Source: Zootoca vivipara (taxonomy: Eukaryota). From it: DNA of 64,000 nt. A program made the position numbers and the translations under genes. The notes under the pieces are model-generated. The model ran no database searches. It was not told the origin of the DNA and saw only the letters and a program-made list of their open reading frames with translations. How positions within the stretch are numbered: position 1 is the first letter of the stretch; each line of letters opens with the position of its first letter. Shown piece after piece: positions 1 through 14,166 of this stretch. Where the stretch lies: contig NC_083283.1 in assembly GCF_963506605.1 (NCBI RefSeq), positions 33,604,001 to 33,668,000 of the forward strand. The letters are read 5' to 3'.

Positions 1-342
1 CCAGAAGCAGGTTCCTTAGCTTAATTTCTCCATCTGAAAGGACATTGTCTGCTATGGTCTAAATACCTAATTCCAGGTATTTGTAGTAGCCACTTTTCAG
101 AAAGCATGGAGACACTTTTATCCTAGATGTCTTTCTCTGGGTTCATGTCTCTCGATTTCTTAGTAGCAGAAGTATCCTTTATCTGTAACTTTTAACTTTC
201 AAACATACACAATATATTGTGTTTTGCCCAAACATTCCTGCAAAGTAGGTCAGTGTCTTATTCATTTGGTCAGATGAAGAACTCACACCCAAAGAGTGAC
301 TTGCCAAAAGCCACACAGAGCAAGTCCATGCCAGAATCAATA

Positions 343-568
343 CAGTGGTACCTCAGGTTAAGAACTTAATTCGTTCCGGAGGTCCGTTCTTAACCTAAAA
401 CTGTTCTTAACCTGAGGTACCACTTTAGCTAATGGGGCTTCTTGCTGCTGCCGCACCGCTGGAGCACGATTTCTGTTCTCATCCTGAAGCAAAGTTCTTA
501 ACCCGAGGTACTATTTCTGGGTTAGTGGAGTCTGTAACCTGAAGCGTCTGTAACCCAAGGTACCACTG
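343..568. mobile_element. Tc1/mariner (pogo/Tigger-like) non-autonomous MITE
   Basis: TA|CAGTGGTACCTC...CAAGGTACCACTG|TA: terminal inverted repeats with TA target duplication. Confidence 0.85.
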
Positions 569-2304
569 TATTTGAACGGAAAGCTGCCAAATCCACATCT
601 TTAGCCACCAAGTGTCAGTGGCTCATGTTACCTGTTTTGCTACATGACACACATATTCAAGTTACGTATCTAGCTATTGGATGTCATTGATCAGACCATC
701 TTGTAGCCTTGTCTTGGATAAAGAGTGGAGACAGCTTCAAGACCCAAAGACTTAGAAGGGGATTCTCACAAAGTTGTAATCAGTTGTAGGGCTTTATCCA
801 CAAACTTTAAACAAAACGTTATCTATACCGTTTGTGGTGCTTTTTTTTTATAGAAAAATAGGTGCCAGTACACACCATGAAGTGCTGGTACAGTAACTGC
901 CATACTTTTTAGCAACAACAAAAAGAGATGCCAATAGTGTGTGCCCTTGAGTACCCCCTAACCATTTGTTTAAAGAGCTTCAGTCTGCCTTTTGAGTGAC
1001 AGGGGTTGCCAAGCAAAAGAGAATGCATAATGCCAGCCTCAGTATCGATCTAAGGTACTACTGCTGTTATAACTTGCAGACAGGATATGTTTTCCTCAGC
1101 TAGCATGCTGGTACTTCTACTATCTGAATTTGAAAACCCAATTGCTTTGATATGAAGCAACATAGCTCTTACTTTGCTTTCTGAAAGCATGAACTCAGAA
1201 GGTCTACTTTAACATTACTTTCCTCACTTAAACATAGGGTCCGCGATTTCAGTTTAGTTCAATACCCATTTCCATGGACATTTATATAGCAAGCTCAAAT
1301 GTCATTACCAAGATTGGGGGGGGGGAACATTGATCACAGATGGAAGCCACAAAAAATAGCAGCATGACAGCATGTATGAGAATAAATTAAATTTAAGCAG
1401 CACAGAACTACACGCTGAGAGACGAAAGGTGTTGCTAAGCAACGATAAACTTGCTGCAAGAGCCCTCTGTAGGAGGTATCTCTCCCTAAGCCCAAAATGA
1501 AAAAGGAATTGGTGCATGTGCGGATGGAAATTGCAGAGTAAAAACAAGCAAACAGTAAGCTACTGAGAAAAATAGACATGCAGAAAATGAAAATGCAGAG
1601 GCTGGAAAATGCAATATAGGCAGCTAGAATATTTATATATTTTAAAGAAAGCAAAGTAATGCACATGAATGAGGCAATGCTAATGAAAAGTGCAATCTTT
1701 CTAATTTAAAGAACTTAATGCTGCAAAAGAAGACTATAAAAACAACTCCATTTCAAAGATATTAAAAGCTGTATATCCTCCACTTTGTATGTACCTCTAA
1801 GTATTTACTGAACGGCAAGGGTATATTCAGACTGTATTTTTTTCTCTTGAGTAAGGAATCTCAGATATTGCAGTTTATGAACAGAATGGCAACCAAGGTA
1901 AGAAGGCAGGCCATAATACTTTAGTGTGACTATGCAAGGGACACTCAAAGACCTGCCATTACAACTAAATGCAACTGTGTTTCATAACACAGTTTATCAG
2001 TGAAGCCATATTGCATCAGAAACTGTATCTCTCCAGAAACACAACCCAGCAGCACAGGAATCCCTCTGTGTCAAGAAAAGATATTATTAGCTTTGTTGCA
2101 GTTTCTTATTATGAGTATATAGGACCATGTGCATAGTTCTCTTTCCCTGCTTCACATTGGTGGAAAGGACCACCACTTATAAATATATGACTTTGAGTAC
2201 TTAGGTGTGGGACTACATTAGGAAATAAAGTGACAGTAAATACAGTAATGTTCTCTCTTAATGTAATACAATAAGCTTTTTTATATTAAAAAAATGGCAA
2301 ATAC

Positions 2305-2401
2305 CATGTATACTAGTCTGTTGACTATTTGGTGGAATGTTTTCTTTAGCCATGGCTATTAACATTTTGCTGGCCTCAGAAAGCTTCTCTGCACTTTTGT
2401 T
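2305..2401 (-). CDS. CSPP1: CSPP1 coding exon 2 ([33 protein letters not shown]); gene continues left of the window
   Basis: Matches remembered human CSPP1 [24 protein letters not shown]; ttttcag acceptor and G|gtattt donor on the minus strand. Confidence 0.9.
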
Positions 2402-2464
2402 CTGAAAAGGAAAAAAAAAGCGTAAGGCAGACAGAATTAACATGCTGTCACTATAATAACATTA

Positions 2465-2855
2465 CAGTAGTACCTTGGTTAATCCATTCTGGAAGTCCGT
2501 TCCAAAATCAAGGCGCGCTTTCCCATAGAAAATAATCCAAAATGGATTAATCCATTCCAGACTTTTAAAAACAACCCCTAAAACAGCACTTTGACATGAT
2601 TTTTACTATCTAACATTCACACAATCAATCAACCAGTAGCTGAACTGGGTTCCACACAGTCACAAAAACAAAACAAAAAAGCCGCAAAGTGCAAAATAAA
2701 TAGCAAAAACAGAAAGACCTCAGTGTAACACTCAAAACAGAGCACGTTCGGCTTCTGAAAAAAGTTTGCAAACCGGAACACTTACTTCTGGGTTTGCATT
2801 GTTTGGGTTCCAAGTTGTTTGAGTACCAAGGCATTTGAGAACCAAGGTACCACTG
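2465..2855. mobile_element. Tc1/mariner-type MITE
   Basis: TA|CAGTAGTACCTTGG...CCAAGGTACCACTG|TA. Confidence 0.85.
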
Positions 2856-2864
2856 TATTTAGTT

Positions 2865-2988
2865 CAGGGATGTGGCACCTGTGGCCCTAGACTATAACGC
2901 ACCATCCATGACTGTTGGCCATGCTAGCCGAGGTTGATGGGAGTCAGAGTCCAATAACATCTGGAGAGCCAGAGGTTTGACAACCTTG
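2865..2988. mobile_element. Degenerate hAT MITE
   Basis: CAGGG start, CCTTG end, near-identical 8-bp flanks ATTTAGTT/TTTTAGTT; resembles the 6731-6857 family. Confidence 0.6.
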
Positions 2989-3160
2989 TTTTAGTTTGTA
3001 GGTTGCATTGCAATGCAACAGAGGGGCTTCAGAATTTCCTTAGCAATTTCTAAAGAGGGATTGCCGAATGTGAAAACACTATCTTTCAGACTTGTTTACA
3101 TACAGGAGCACAGTCATAATATTCTTCATCTATTTTTTTTATAAAGTATCAATTTCCTAC

Positions 3161-3262
3161 CTGCATTTCCATGTAAGGTGGATCATTGTTAAGCTTCGCT
3201 TTGTCTTGTGCCAACTTTGCTTTTTGTTCTTCAAGGAACTGGTCTAGGTCCTCAGTCATCAT
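3161..3262 (-). CDS. CSPP1: CSPP1 first coding exon ([34 protein letters not shown]); exon spans 3161-3271
   Basis: Hand translation resembles human [33 protein letters not shown]; tttccag acceptor at 3272-3274, CAG|gtagg donor; phase 0 joins the next exon; head-to-head with COPS5 as in mammals. Confidence 0.9.
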
Positions 3263-6200
3263 TTTTCAATTCTGGAAATGATATAGGGTTATTGATCCAT
3301 CAGATGCAACCTTCAACAACAGAAATTCAATTTTCTAAGAGCTACTTTATTAAGAACTTTGAATTACTCAGAGATAATCAGAAAGGTACAAATGAGACAG
3401 GAAAAAATACAACTTTTTTATAATCTATTCTTTTCAAGACCTTACTGCAGTCTTACAACACAAGCCAACCACACATGTGGTTTCTGAATAGTCAACGGGA
3501 CAAGTTGACAAGAGGCCTGCCCAAACAAGATTGCTTAAAACTAAACAAAACTAAACCACACTGAATTGTGGCAAGCAGAAGATCTTAACAGCAGCCCAGC
3601 ATAATCATTTTTCCAGGAACTCCAAAACTATAATCCAGAGGCAGTAGAAGCGCCGGGATATGCTTTACCATTACTGTATTTTCCTCATTGATGGAGGTAC
3701 CAACTAGTTTCTAACCCTTCCTTCTGCTAGCTGTCACACACACTAGAGTAATTATTTTTAATGATACACATCTAGCATTGTGCATCATTATTGAGCTTCT
3801 AATTCACTATGTTCAAATTATTCCAACAATGACATGTGAAAGTTGGCAGTTACACATTCCCATCTGTACCATGATTTATAATTCCACAGGCCTTTATAAC
3901 ATTTTGGTTGGCTCAATAAAGGCATTGCCTTAATATATATTGTGGAGTTTTCCTTATGGCACAACCTTGGCTTGTTTGTTTGTTTTTTGTATTATTAAAG
4001 GGAGAATTCCCTCCAGCCACCGGGTAAAGCTACACAATATGGGTTTTGTTGACTTTTTCACTTAGCAAAACAAAACAACTATATTTTATCTCTACCAATT
4101 TTTATATAATGACTGCATTTTTTTATTATTCTCTACCTACCAGAGGAACCTGTGTGTTTCACTGAAGGATGGAGGCAAAACTAAGTAGCAAGGGGTGGTT
4201 GTGCATTTGCAGAAATGGAGACTCAATCATTTTATGTTTTCTCCTTCCCAGAAGGCCTGGGTTGCAACCTGATACATGCAAGACACCTGAAAGGGCCTCA
4301 TTTGAATGTTTACTACCGCCTCCCACATTTAAGACTCTTTATCAGGTGCAGATGGTTTGAATAACAGCCTTTCCCCCTCTCCCCCTTGCCTTTTTTCATA
4401 ATCTAGCCAGAGAAAGAATTCTGGGGAATTTGAAAGTTTGCACACTTTTTGTGACATTATGGTTGGCCTAATAAAGGTAGTGCCTTAATATGTAGCTTTG
4501 AACAGTAAAAATGGCCCACTCTTCCAGGAAATTGCACAGAATCATGAGCCTATTGGTTTAGAAGAAATAACAAACACAGCTAAAAAGATGGATATTGTTA
4601 AATTGATGGAAGTGTTTGCTGCCATAAATATACAATACTAATTTAACAGCAACCCACACGTACATATTAACTTGATTACTCATGTGATAGCTTTCCTATA
4701 TGAAAAAGTGCACACAGAATATGTACCACAGGTAATAACTATTTCTTTACCACTTACTCTCTCACATGAAGTCAATATGCAGGAAGTTCAAATAATAATA
4801 ATAATTGCATTCTAGGATAATTCAATTACAATCCTCCTGATACAGGACAATCAATGCTAAAAATAAGTTCCCTTTTGGAGTCCTCTAAATCCTTAATCAC
4901 ATTAGTTTGCATGCTGATAAAATACACGTCCTTAGAACAGGACTGGTAGGACAGATTGTTATCTCCCTACACAGGACAGGTTTGAAAGGTGCGTGGAGCC
5001 ACTTGCTTGTCAATCACTTGACATCAGCTGACCTATTTTGCCTGCTATTTTCTGCTGTGCTGTGAACCAGCCTCTGAAGACCTGTCTATCAGCTCATGAT
5101 CAAACATTCTTAAGTTCAGGTCAAAGTGCTGCACAAAGCAGCAGTTTGAAGGGGGCTTCTCAATACATCTTCAGAAACCCCTCTCAAAGAACTATCTTAT
5201 TCTGCACTTCAGTAAGGACTTTGCAGATACTACCAATCAGCGGTGTCTGCAAACACCCCTTTTGGATGAGCCTGACGCTTACCTGCCTGGCACATACAAT
5301 GTCGGGTGTGTAGGACAGGTGGATGTGGTGTAGCCAAAATGACAACATAAGCCAAATGGGTGTAGGAGCCTGGCGGGCCTAATTCTCACCTTCTAAGCCC
5401 TGCACAGTCACACACATTAATTAGCCCTAGGAATCCTACAGAATAAAAACTGCTTCTACAAATTACGTTGTTAAGGAAAGTACAGTTAAGATGCTACTAT
5501 CACTCCATGATATTCTGTAATGTGTTTGTGTAAAGAAAATGAATAAAAATCTTGCAGTAATCTTTCTGTAAATGCTCCAGCACTATTATCTTTACAAGTC
5601 CTTATATCTTCATGCATGTCTACTCAGAAGTAAACCCCATTAAATTCTATTGCACTTATTTCCTACCAAGTGACTTTTATTACACGCCTGTAAAGCTAAG
5701 TACTAATTTACTGGTGTAAGGATCAGAACACCAGCAGGATATCTGCAGCCTAAGAAGCATACAAGTTAAAACTGAGTATTAAGCATAAACTCTTAAGTTG
5801 TAAAGAAGTTATCTATGCCACTTTCAGTCGTGGCACCTCAAGTGTGGAATGTTTTTCGCCAGAGATTTGCCTGGTGGCAGTGTTTGTAGTATTCTTAAGC
5901 ACCAGGCGAAGGCCTTTCTTTTTCCAGGCTGCTCAGCTTTAAAATAATGGCTGGGTGCTTTTTAGACTTTGAGCACTCTTGTGTTCTCTGTTTCTGATTT
6001 TATTTAGCTTTTATTTTAACTTGTTAAGTTCATATGTCTATATATTATATGCTTTAAAAAATGTCTACCACCCAGGTAACCTATTAATGTGCAGTATAAA
6101 AATGCTGTAAATAAGTAAGCCTAAGTTTACCAATTTATCAGTGAGAGACAAAATTCTCAGTTACTCTCTCCTCACAAGCCAAGCAGCCATTTGAGATCTC

Positions 6201-6730
6201 AATTCCAGTTAGCATCAGACAATACATAAAGCCAATCTTATAGTTTGGTCCAAGTAATCACTACAAGTAATTATTGTTTATTGAATTATATACCGCCCTA
6301 TACCTGGGGGTCTCAGGGTGGTTCACAGAATAATTGTAATCCCTGCAAAGGAAGAAGTTTGGCTAAAGCATAGTGTAAGAGTTTCCTCATGAGCAGCATC
6401 CCTTGAAAGCCCCCAGTGGGAAAAGATTCTACAACAAAAGGTCAGAAGTCCTCTCCTGCCTCCCTGCAGCAGTATGATGGTTATATTGGAACCTCTTGTG
6501 CAGCACTTCAAAAGAAACTCCAGCATTGTTGTCAAAGTATATGGCAAGCAAGTAATAGTGAACCACAGAGAGAACTTGACCTTCAAACAGGGATGGCCTG
6601 GATTCACCAGAAATGCCTTGTCAGATGGAGCTGTTACAAAAATGGCAAGAGCAGAGCTTTTCATCACCGCAATATGCAAGCTACTCTGGAAGCCTTTTTG
6701 GCTGAACAGCAGAGTAAAAATGCTCTAAAT

Positions 6731-6857
6731 CAGGCACCCCCAAACTGCGGCCCTCCAGATGTTTTGGCCTACAACTCCCATGATCCCTAGCTAACAGGAC
6801 CAGTGGTCAGGGATGATGGGAATTGTAATCTGGAGGGCCGAAGTTTGCAGATGCCTG
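6731..6857. mobile_element. hAT (Charlie-like) MITE
   Basis: CAGGCA...TGCCTG TIRs, perfect 8-bp TSD CTCTAAAT; near-identical copy at 51491-51626. Confidence 0.9.
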
Positions 6858-8099
6858 CTCTAAATAAACTATGCTAGTGGCAAAAGGTCAACTTGTTTTT
6901 TCACCAGTCCAGTCAGGTCACTGAAAGAGCAGCCTGCATGGTCAATGACAGTGGGAATCAGATATCCTTTATGAGATTTCTACAGTTAGTTCCACCAATG
7001 TCACTAACAGGGAAAAAGCCTCACTTACTAGACCATGCCTTTGGCAGTGATATCACAAAAAGAGGGAGCTGTGGCTTCAGAAGACAATGATCCAACTATG
7101 CCAGTGTTATTTAACACACCTGCAGTGTGTTAAGTGGAGCTAGAGGACATGCACCAGGTGGCAGCAAAAATTATTCTACCCTGAGTCATGTCTACTCAGA
7201 AGCAAGCATTCAATGGGGCTTACTTCCAGGTAAACAAGTGTTAGTAAGAGAGAACTGCAATTTTAATCATGGCAGCTCATAAGTCAGCTCTACTGAATTC
7301 AACTAAGTCAGCAGCAGTACATAGTCTTTTGCCCCCTGCAGAAAAATTTATAAAGCCTGCACTGCACACTCAACAAGTGGCCCACCTGTTTGTAGACTGG
7401 TGCTGAATATATTGGAAATGCATCCCAACCTCAATTTTTACTTGGTAAAAACCCCTATTTGTTACTAAGGCCAAGAAGCCACCTTTCACAGACATTTATT
7501 GCAGCCCATAACAATGAACTGAGATTGTCTCAAAACCACTCATTGAAGAAATCTACATGCAATAGTCTGACTAACAGATTCACTAGCAAACCAGTTTGTA
7601 AATGAAACAGATTTATACTCACTAAATGGTGGGAATACCTAGAATGATCACTGGCCTTCAGATATATTATTTGTTGGCTTTAATGCTTTTGAAACGTTTG
7701 GCACTAGCCTACCACTAGCCATTCCTTAATACTAAAGTTACTTATTAGGAAGTACCATTGCACTTGGCCGCATTTGCTTCTGAGTAAACATACTTACAAT
7801 CACATTGTATTTTGGGAGTTATTCATAAAGCTAGACGCTTATGACAAAGCTGTATTGACCGTCCATAAGAAGGAGTCCCTGGAACAGATGCTGTTCGTTC
7901 ATGGCCTGGTAACTTTACATATTCTCGTCTTTGAAGCCCTTCTTCACATCCATGCGAAATGTTTAAGGCGCCACAGATATCCGAGAGCAGAAACCTTCCC
8001 TATCTCCAGGCATCAACAAAGGGAGTCATAGGATACATCGAAGGCAGGGGAGGTTGAGGAAAGAAAGGGTGGGCTCGGAAATGAAGAGCAACTGTAGCT

Positions 8100-9010
8100 T
8101 CCACGCCTGCCCAGGGCGTCGGTCTCTTTAAGAAGCTATACGGCGTTGTTAGGCAACCAGATTACAACAAAAACCGGGGCCTCTCCGCACTCCTGGACCC
8201 GCGCAGTCTGCGCTCCTCTCTACAGAAAGGCACAACTCCTAGTCCGAGGACTAAGACTTCAAGGTGCAACATTCCCCCCCCAAAAAAGAGTATTTTGCGC
8301 GCACAAAAACTCCAACCTACCCGAGCGAAGCCCTGCCTCGAGGAGAGCCCCAAACTCTTAAAGGATGCATGCGGGGACTTCCCTCAGCACCCCACGCGCA
8401 CCAAGACGCCCCTTCCCCACTCTCGTCTACTTAGGGCGAATATTCCACCCCCAGGGAAGAGGGATGCGCTCTTCTTTGCGCGCACTTCCCAACCCTCTCC
8501 AGAGAGCGAGCCAAGTTACCGGACGGGCGCGCGCCTCTCTCTCTCTTTGTCGTCCGAGGTCTTTGGAGCTGCAACTCCTCGGAACCCGCCCCAAACTCAC
8601 CTCTAGCTCCGGAGAGGCCCAGCCGCCGGCGGGTTGTCAAACAGCTGCTACGGCAGCAGCCGCGCCTCCCGCCGTCTCGCCTCGCCGCTCCGCCGAAGTC
8701 GCTCCAGCCCTCCGCCTTCTCGGGGAGGAGCCAGCCTAACGGCCGGAGAGGGGACGGGGCTGCTGCGCACGAACAGCTCCCTCTGGTGCTTGTCGCCAAG
8801 AGGCAACCCTAAAACCTGTAGCTCAGTAGAACAGCGGGTTAAGGGGGTTTTGTCTCCCGGAAAGGAGAGGTGCTAAGTGCTACTCGACCCTCCTTTAAAT
8901 CCTTTTAACGTCAGGTGTTTTGATAGTTGCGCTTGGTTGCTCAGCGGCGGCGAAGGGCGGGCGCTCTGTGCATGTTCGGAGAAACATGCTTTTTTGCGAG
9001 TGCAAACGGC
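8100..9010 (-). promoter_or_regulatory. CSPP1: CpG island: CSPP1 promoter and putative non-coding exon 1 (donor after 8601)
   Basis: Dense CpG/GC; minus-strand donor GAG|gtgagt at 8601/8600; no ATG on the minus strand in 8601-8880. Confidence 0.7.
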
Positions 9011-9279
9011 ACGATCAAAGGCTAGCTAGGCAATGTTGTTGGAAACGGAGGGCAATAACATCCCGCTTCTTTTTAGGCGGACCTAGTTGAGTCTGGCCTA
9101 GCCACTCTTCGGGTACTTTGCGCATGTTTGTATTCCGCACCTTGGAATATAGGCGTGATGTTCTTTCACTTTCTAGAATGGCGAGATCTTTCCCTAATAT
9201 AGAGGCATATAAGGACACTCTTTCTCTCTGTTCCTGTCTATATTAGGGGAACTCTAGCAGCTCTGTTTCTAAGCAAATA

Positions 9280-9420
9280 AGAGTTAAAGAACACGCCCCT
9301 ATGCCCTACGTTATTCCCTCAGAGAATTCTGGGCACTGTAGTTTGTTAAGGGTTGCTGGGAATTGTAACCGAGGGATAAATGTACTTTAAAAAGGTATAA
9401 TGCGTACGCAGCCTTAAAAG
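9280..9420. mobile_element. Decayed MITE-like repeat between the two CpG islands
   Basis: Contains GCTGGGAATTGTA and CTGGGCACTGTAGT motifs like those inside the other MITEs of this window. Confidence 0.4.
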
Positions 9421-9859
9421 TAAACAGAGTCAAAAAACAACACGGTGATGCATTGGATATGGTGGAGCAGAGAAGGGGATTGTTTGCAAAATATTATTCC
9501 GGCTCCTTTCGATGCGTTATGTTCTTTTAAAACGAAGCTCGATAGAATAGGTTAACGGGGAACGTTTCATAGAATTTTAAGAGTTGAAAGGGATCTCGAA
9601 TGTCACATAGCGCTCAACGCAGAACCCACAATGCAGGAGAGGGGACTCCTACACAGGTGGCAGCCCAGCCTCTGGTTTTAAATTTCAGAGGTGAAAGCTA
9701 TGAATAAACGGGAGGGCATACCCCATAATGCGCCATTGGGATGTCATGTTTTTTTAAAAAATACTGTACCAGAAACTCACTTTAAAATGTGGAGTAGTCT
9801 GCCCTCACAAATAAAAGGCAGGCTTTGCGATGGCAGGGAAGACGTGGATTTAATTTTTA

Positions 9860-10520
<661 letters not shown>

Positions 10521-11169
10521 CACCTTCCCTAGATAGGACCTCTCATGTAGGACTTGGCAAGAAGAGGTAGAGGTGGGTAAGAGGACAGGTCAAAATGCAA
10601 AACTCTGGACAGGTGACTACCAGGGTGCAGAGAAGAAAGATTGCCTCTTGGAGATCTTAGAGAAGAAAAAGTAGCATGTCTTGACCGTTTGCAAGGTGGG
10701 ATGAGCGAGGGAAGGCAGGGAGTCAAAGATAAATCCAAGGAAAGTAGAAATGATGGGTGAATGCCCCATATCATCACACAGACATGCCATGACTCCTTCA
10801 TTTTGACACTAAGTGAAGGCAAAGCAGGGGATGGGGAATTATGAAATGGGAAAACAAGCAGCCTCCAAAGAACAAATGTTACTAGCAAATGAATCGTCTC
10901 ATAATGTTGTATGCTGAAAAGTCAAATGCCTCTTCTGGGAGGAAAGAAGTAACTCACTCTCTTTTAGAATTCCCCCTTCTCACAGTTTTCTAGTTATTCC
11001 CAAATGTGTGAGGGGTCAAACAGTCATTTGATCTTAATTAAACAAACTGGTAGAATGAGGTTTCTGTACCTGGGTTTCTCATATCAACACAATTTACTGC
11101 TGTACAACATAGGTTGCTTGTTACATTAAAAGAGAAACATATTTTGTTCTTTTGAAATCTAGATCTATT

Positions 11170-12220
11170 TTATTAGTTTTAAATACAGTATTTATTTGCC
11201 ACCCTATAACCATGTTCTCAGGGTGCCTTACAACAAATATAAAGGCAATTAAAATATGCATAATAAATCTATAAAATATATAACATTAAAAATCCATAGC
11301 TCTGGTGATAATGATTTTTTTTTTGTAGCAGGAACAGATTTTAAGGCCCGGAACAATGAAAAAAGGTTTTATTGAAATGACATCAGATTAGGCATGTGGT
11401 GAGCCTCTTTGGGGAGAGCATTTTATAGCCAGGGTACCATAAATGAAAACACCTTTTTGTCAGTAGCTACCATATGCAACTCCTGAAGGAGGACCGTAGA
11501 AGATCTTAAGGTTTAAGTAGGTGCATATGGGTATGTACTGTACTGTTGAGTATATCAGTAACCTCTGTGTTTAGCGAGTGCCTTTCTCCAGCTTCACCTG
11601 GTATGTCATCTATACCTGATCACTATAGTCCTTGTATTGATAACCAAGACTGAATTACTGCAATGTGCTGAATGTGTAGGGCTGGCCTTGGGCCTGGTAC
11701 TGAAACTCCAGCTGGTGCAGAGGGCAGCAGCTAGACTGCTGAGGAAGGCAAATAGCCAACAGAATTTGACACCTCTGCTAAAATATTTGGCTGCCCACAT
11801 TCTGCCAAGCTGGTTCAAATTTCTTGTACAATATTAATATCTAAACCCTGAACAAATCCAAGAGGCCTTACATCTCAGCTTGATCACTAAGATCACCCTG
11901 AGAAGTGCTGTTAGTTGTCCTCTTTGTTACAGATGCCCAACTTACTGGTAATTCAACTAGAAGTATTTAGTGTCCCTGGTCCAATGCAAAGATTCAGCAG
12001 GCATTCTCACTGCTAACTTTCAGATGTCTCTAAAATACGTTTTTATTAAGATAGTGCTTTGCGTTCAGTGATTTAAATTTTCCAAAGGTGGGTCAGTCAT
12101 TTTTATTATTTTGTATTTTTTATGGTGGCATTGTTTTTTATTGCATCTGCATACTGCTGTACACAATCTTGATATTTTATATCTGGTTGATTTTTAAAAA
12201 AATATTTTTTATAAACAAAA
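11170..12220. mobile_element. Old L2 LINE fragments (minus about 11170-11560, plus about 11610-12220)
   Basis: Decayed L2 C-terminal motif KLQLVQRAAARLL in ORF 11637-11837; AT-rich L2-like tails; boundaries approximate. Confidence 0.6.
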
Positions 12221-12325
12221 TCTTGTCCAGTATCTAAGTTTCAGGGTGAGCTTTCTTGCCTTAAATCGTTTATTGTGTTTTGCGTTTCTTCTTTTCCTTT
12301 TCTGTCATAATAGATATTGTTCTAA

Positions 12326-12598
<273 letters not shown>

Positions 12599-12754
12599 TG
12601 ATTTCCTTTTAGCAAAATAAAAAAATTCCTTCAGTAGCATGCACTAAAACTGTTTATAATCACATCTGGGATTGGAGACACCTCAATTTGTAATTTATGA
12701 ACATACGTTGCCCTTGAACCCCAATATGCTGTCACTTATACCACCAGTTGAGTA

Positions 12755-13003
12755 CAGTGGTACCTCTACTTACGGACACGATCCATTCCGGGGTGCTGTT
12801 CGCACACCAAAAAGTCAGTAAGTAGAGAACTGCTTCCACATGTGCGCGTGACGCAATAGAACGCTTCTGCGCATGTGTGAAGTGCGCAGAACACTTCTGC
12901 CTGTGCGCGCGGGGCGAAACCCGGAAGTATACACTACCGGGTTTGCTGCGTTTGCAACCCAAAAATCCGCAACATGAACCTAACGCAACTAGAGGTATCA
13001 CTG
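12755..13003. mobile_element. Tc1/mariner-type MITE
   Basis: TA|CAGTGGTACCTCTA...TAGAGGTATCACTG|TA. Confidence 0.85.
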
Positions 13004-13445
13004 TATACGTTTGGAACAGATTTAGTTCAGATACATTTCCCCCCTCTAGTTACCTTATTGAAGGGCTTCAATGTTCGTTGTTTCTTTATGCATATTCTTA
13101 CTGCTGAATTTTCTCCATTTTATGTACATCTTAATTGTCTTAGAAATTTTAAAGAAAATAATTTCTTCAATTTAATTTCTGCTTTTGTGAAGTGAACAAC
13201 AAGCTCATTATTTACAAAAAAATAATAAGCTTCTGGACTTCCTGCCTGGCCATCTGTTTCAAAAAACAATTTTGGAGTAGATGGGCTTTGTGTCTGATCC
13301 TGTAGGACTTTTTATGTCCATACATGGCTTAATTTTGAAATATCTGCAGGTTGCCAACTGTCCAAAAGAGGGCAGTATTCACAATGATTAAATTCAGTTT
13401 AACATGCTTTCTTCCCCCTTTTCCTTTTTTAAAAACTTTGGTTAG

Positions 13446-13613
<168 letters not shown>

Positions 13614-14166
13614 TAGAATTAGACAGTAAATTTAAGTTCTATAGCTGTGAAAAACTGGATGGCGTTTTACCTATTGCTGGGTTTTTTTGTAATCGGGTAA
13701 CTCCTATTAAAAAACCGTTCACACTACTTGGAGACCTTTCTGTTTTTTATATTGGATGTCATTTCTTTTATATCTTGTTCTATTGGGCCATAAACACAGC
13801 TGCCCTTTTCATTTGATCACAACTGATTCAAGTCAATATTTGCAGGATCACTTTGTAACATTCTGAAAACTATGCATATACTGAATTGTTATTTGGGTGA
13901 GAACTTCTCGTTGATTAGTTGGAAACATGCTCATGGGAGCAGATTCTTATATTAAAACAAATTACATTTACATTTTAAGGGTCTTGTGTGCAGGAGCTAA
14001 AATGAAGAAGGATAAGGCTTCCCAAATTCCTTAACTCCTCTGCTGTCTGTATGGACATTGGAGAGTTAGGGTCCATTGCTCCCCTTTCCAGAGTTCCCCT
14101 GTTCACGAGAGAGAATTTTGTTACTTACACCATATGAAGCAGAACCAAGAATAGCTCTTGTTATTA

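Noticed and set aside
8815-8845. tRNA-like TAGCTCAGTAG motif
   Set aside because: No B-box, T-arm or cloverleaf follows
8146-8876. Overlapping 70-124 aa ORFs in the CSPP1 CpG island
   Set aside because: Stop-poor GC-rich promoter sequence, low complexity, several with non-ATG starts, no recognisable family
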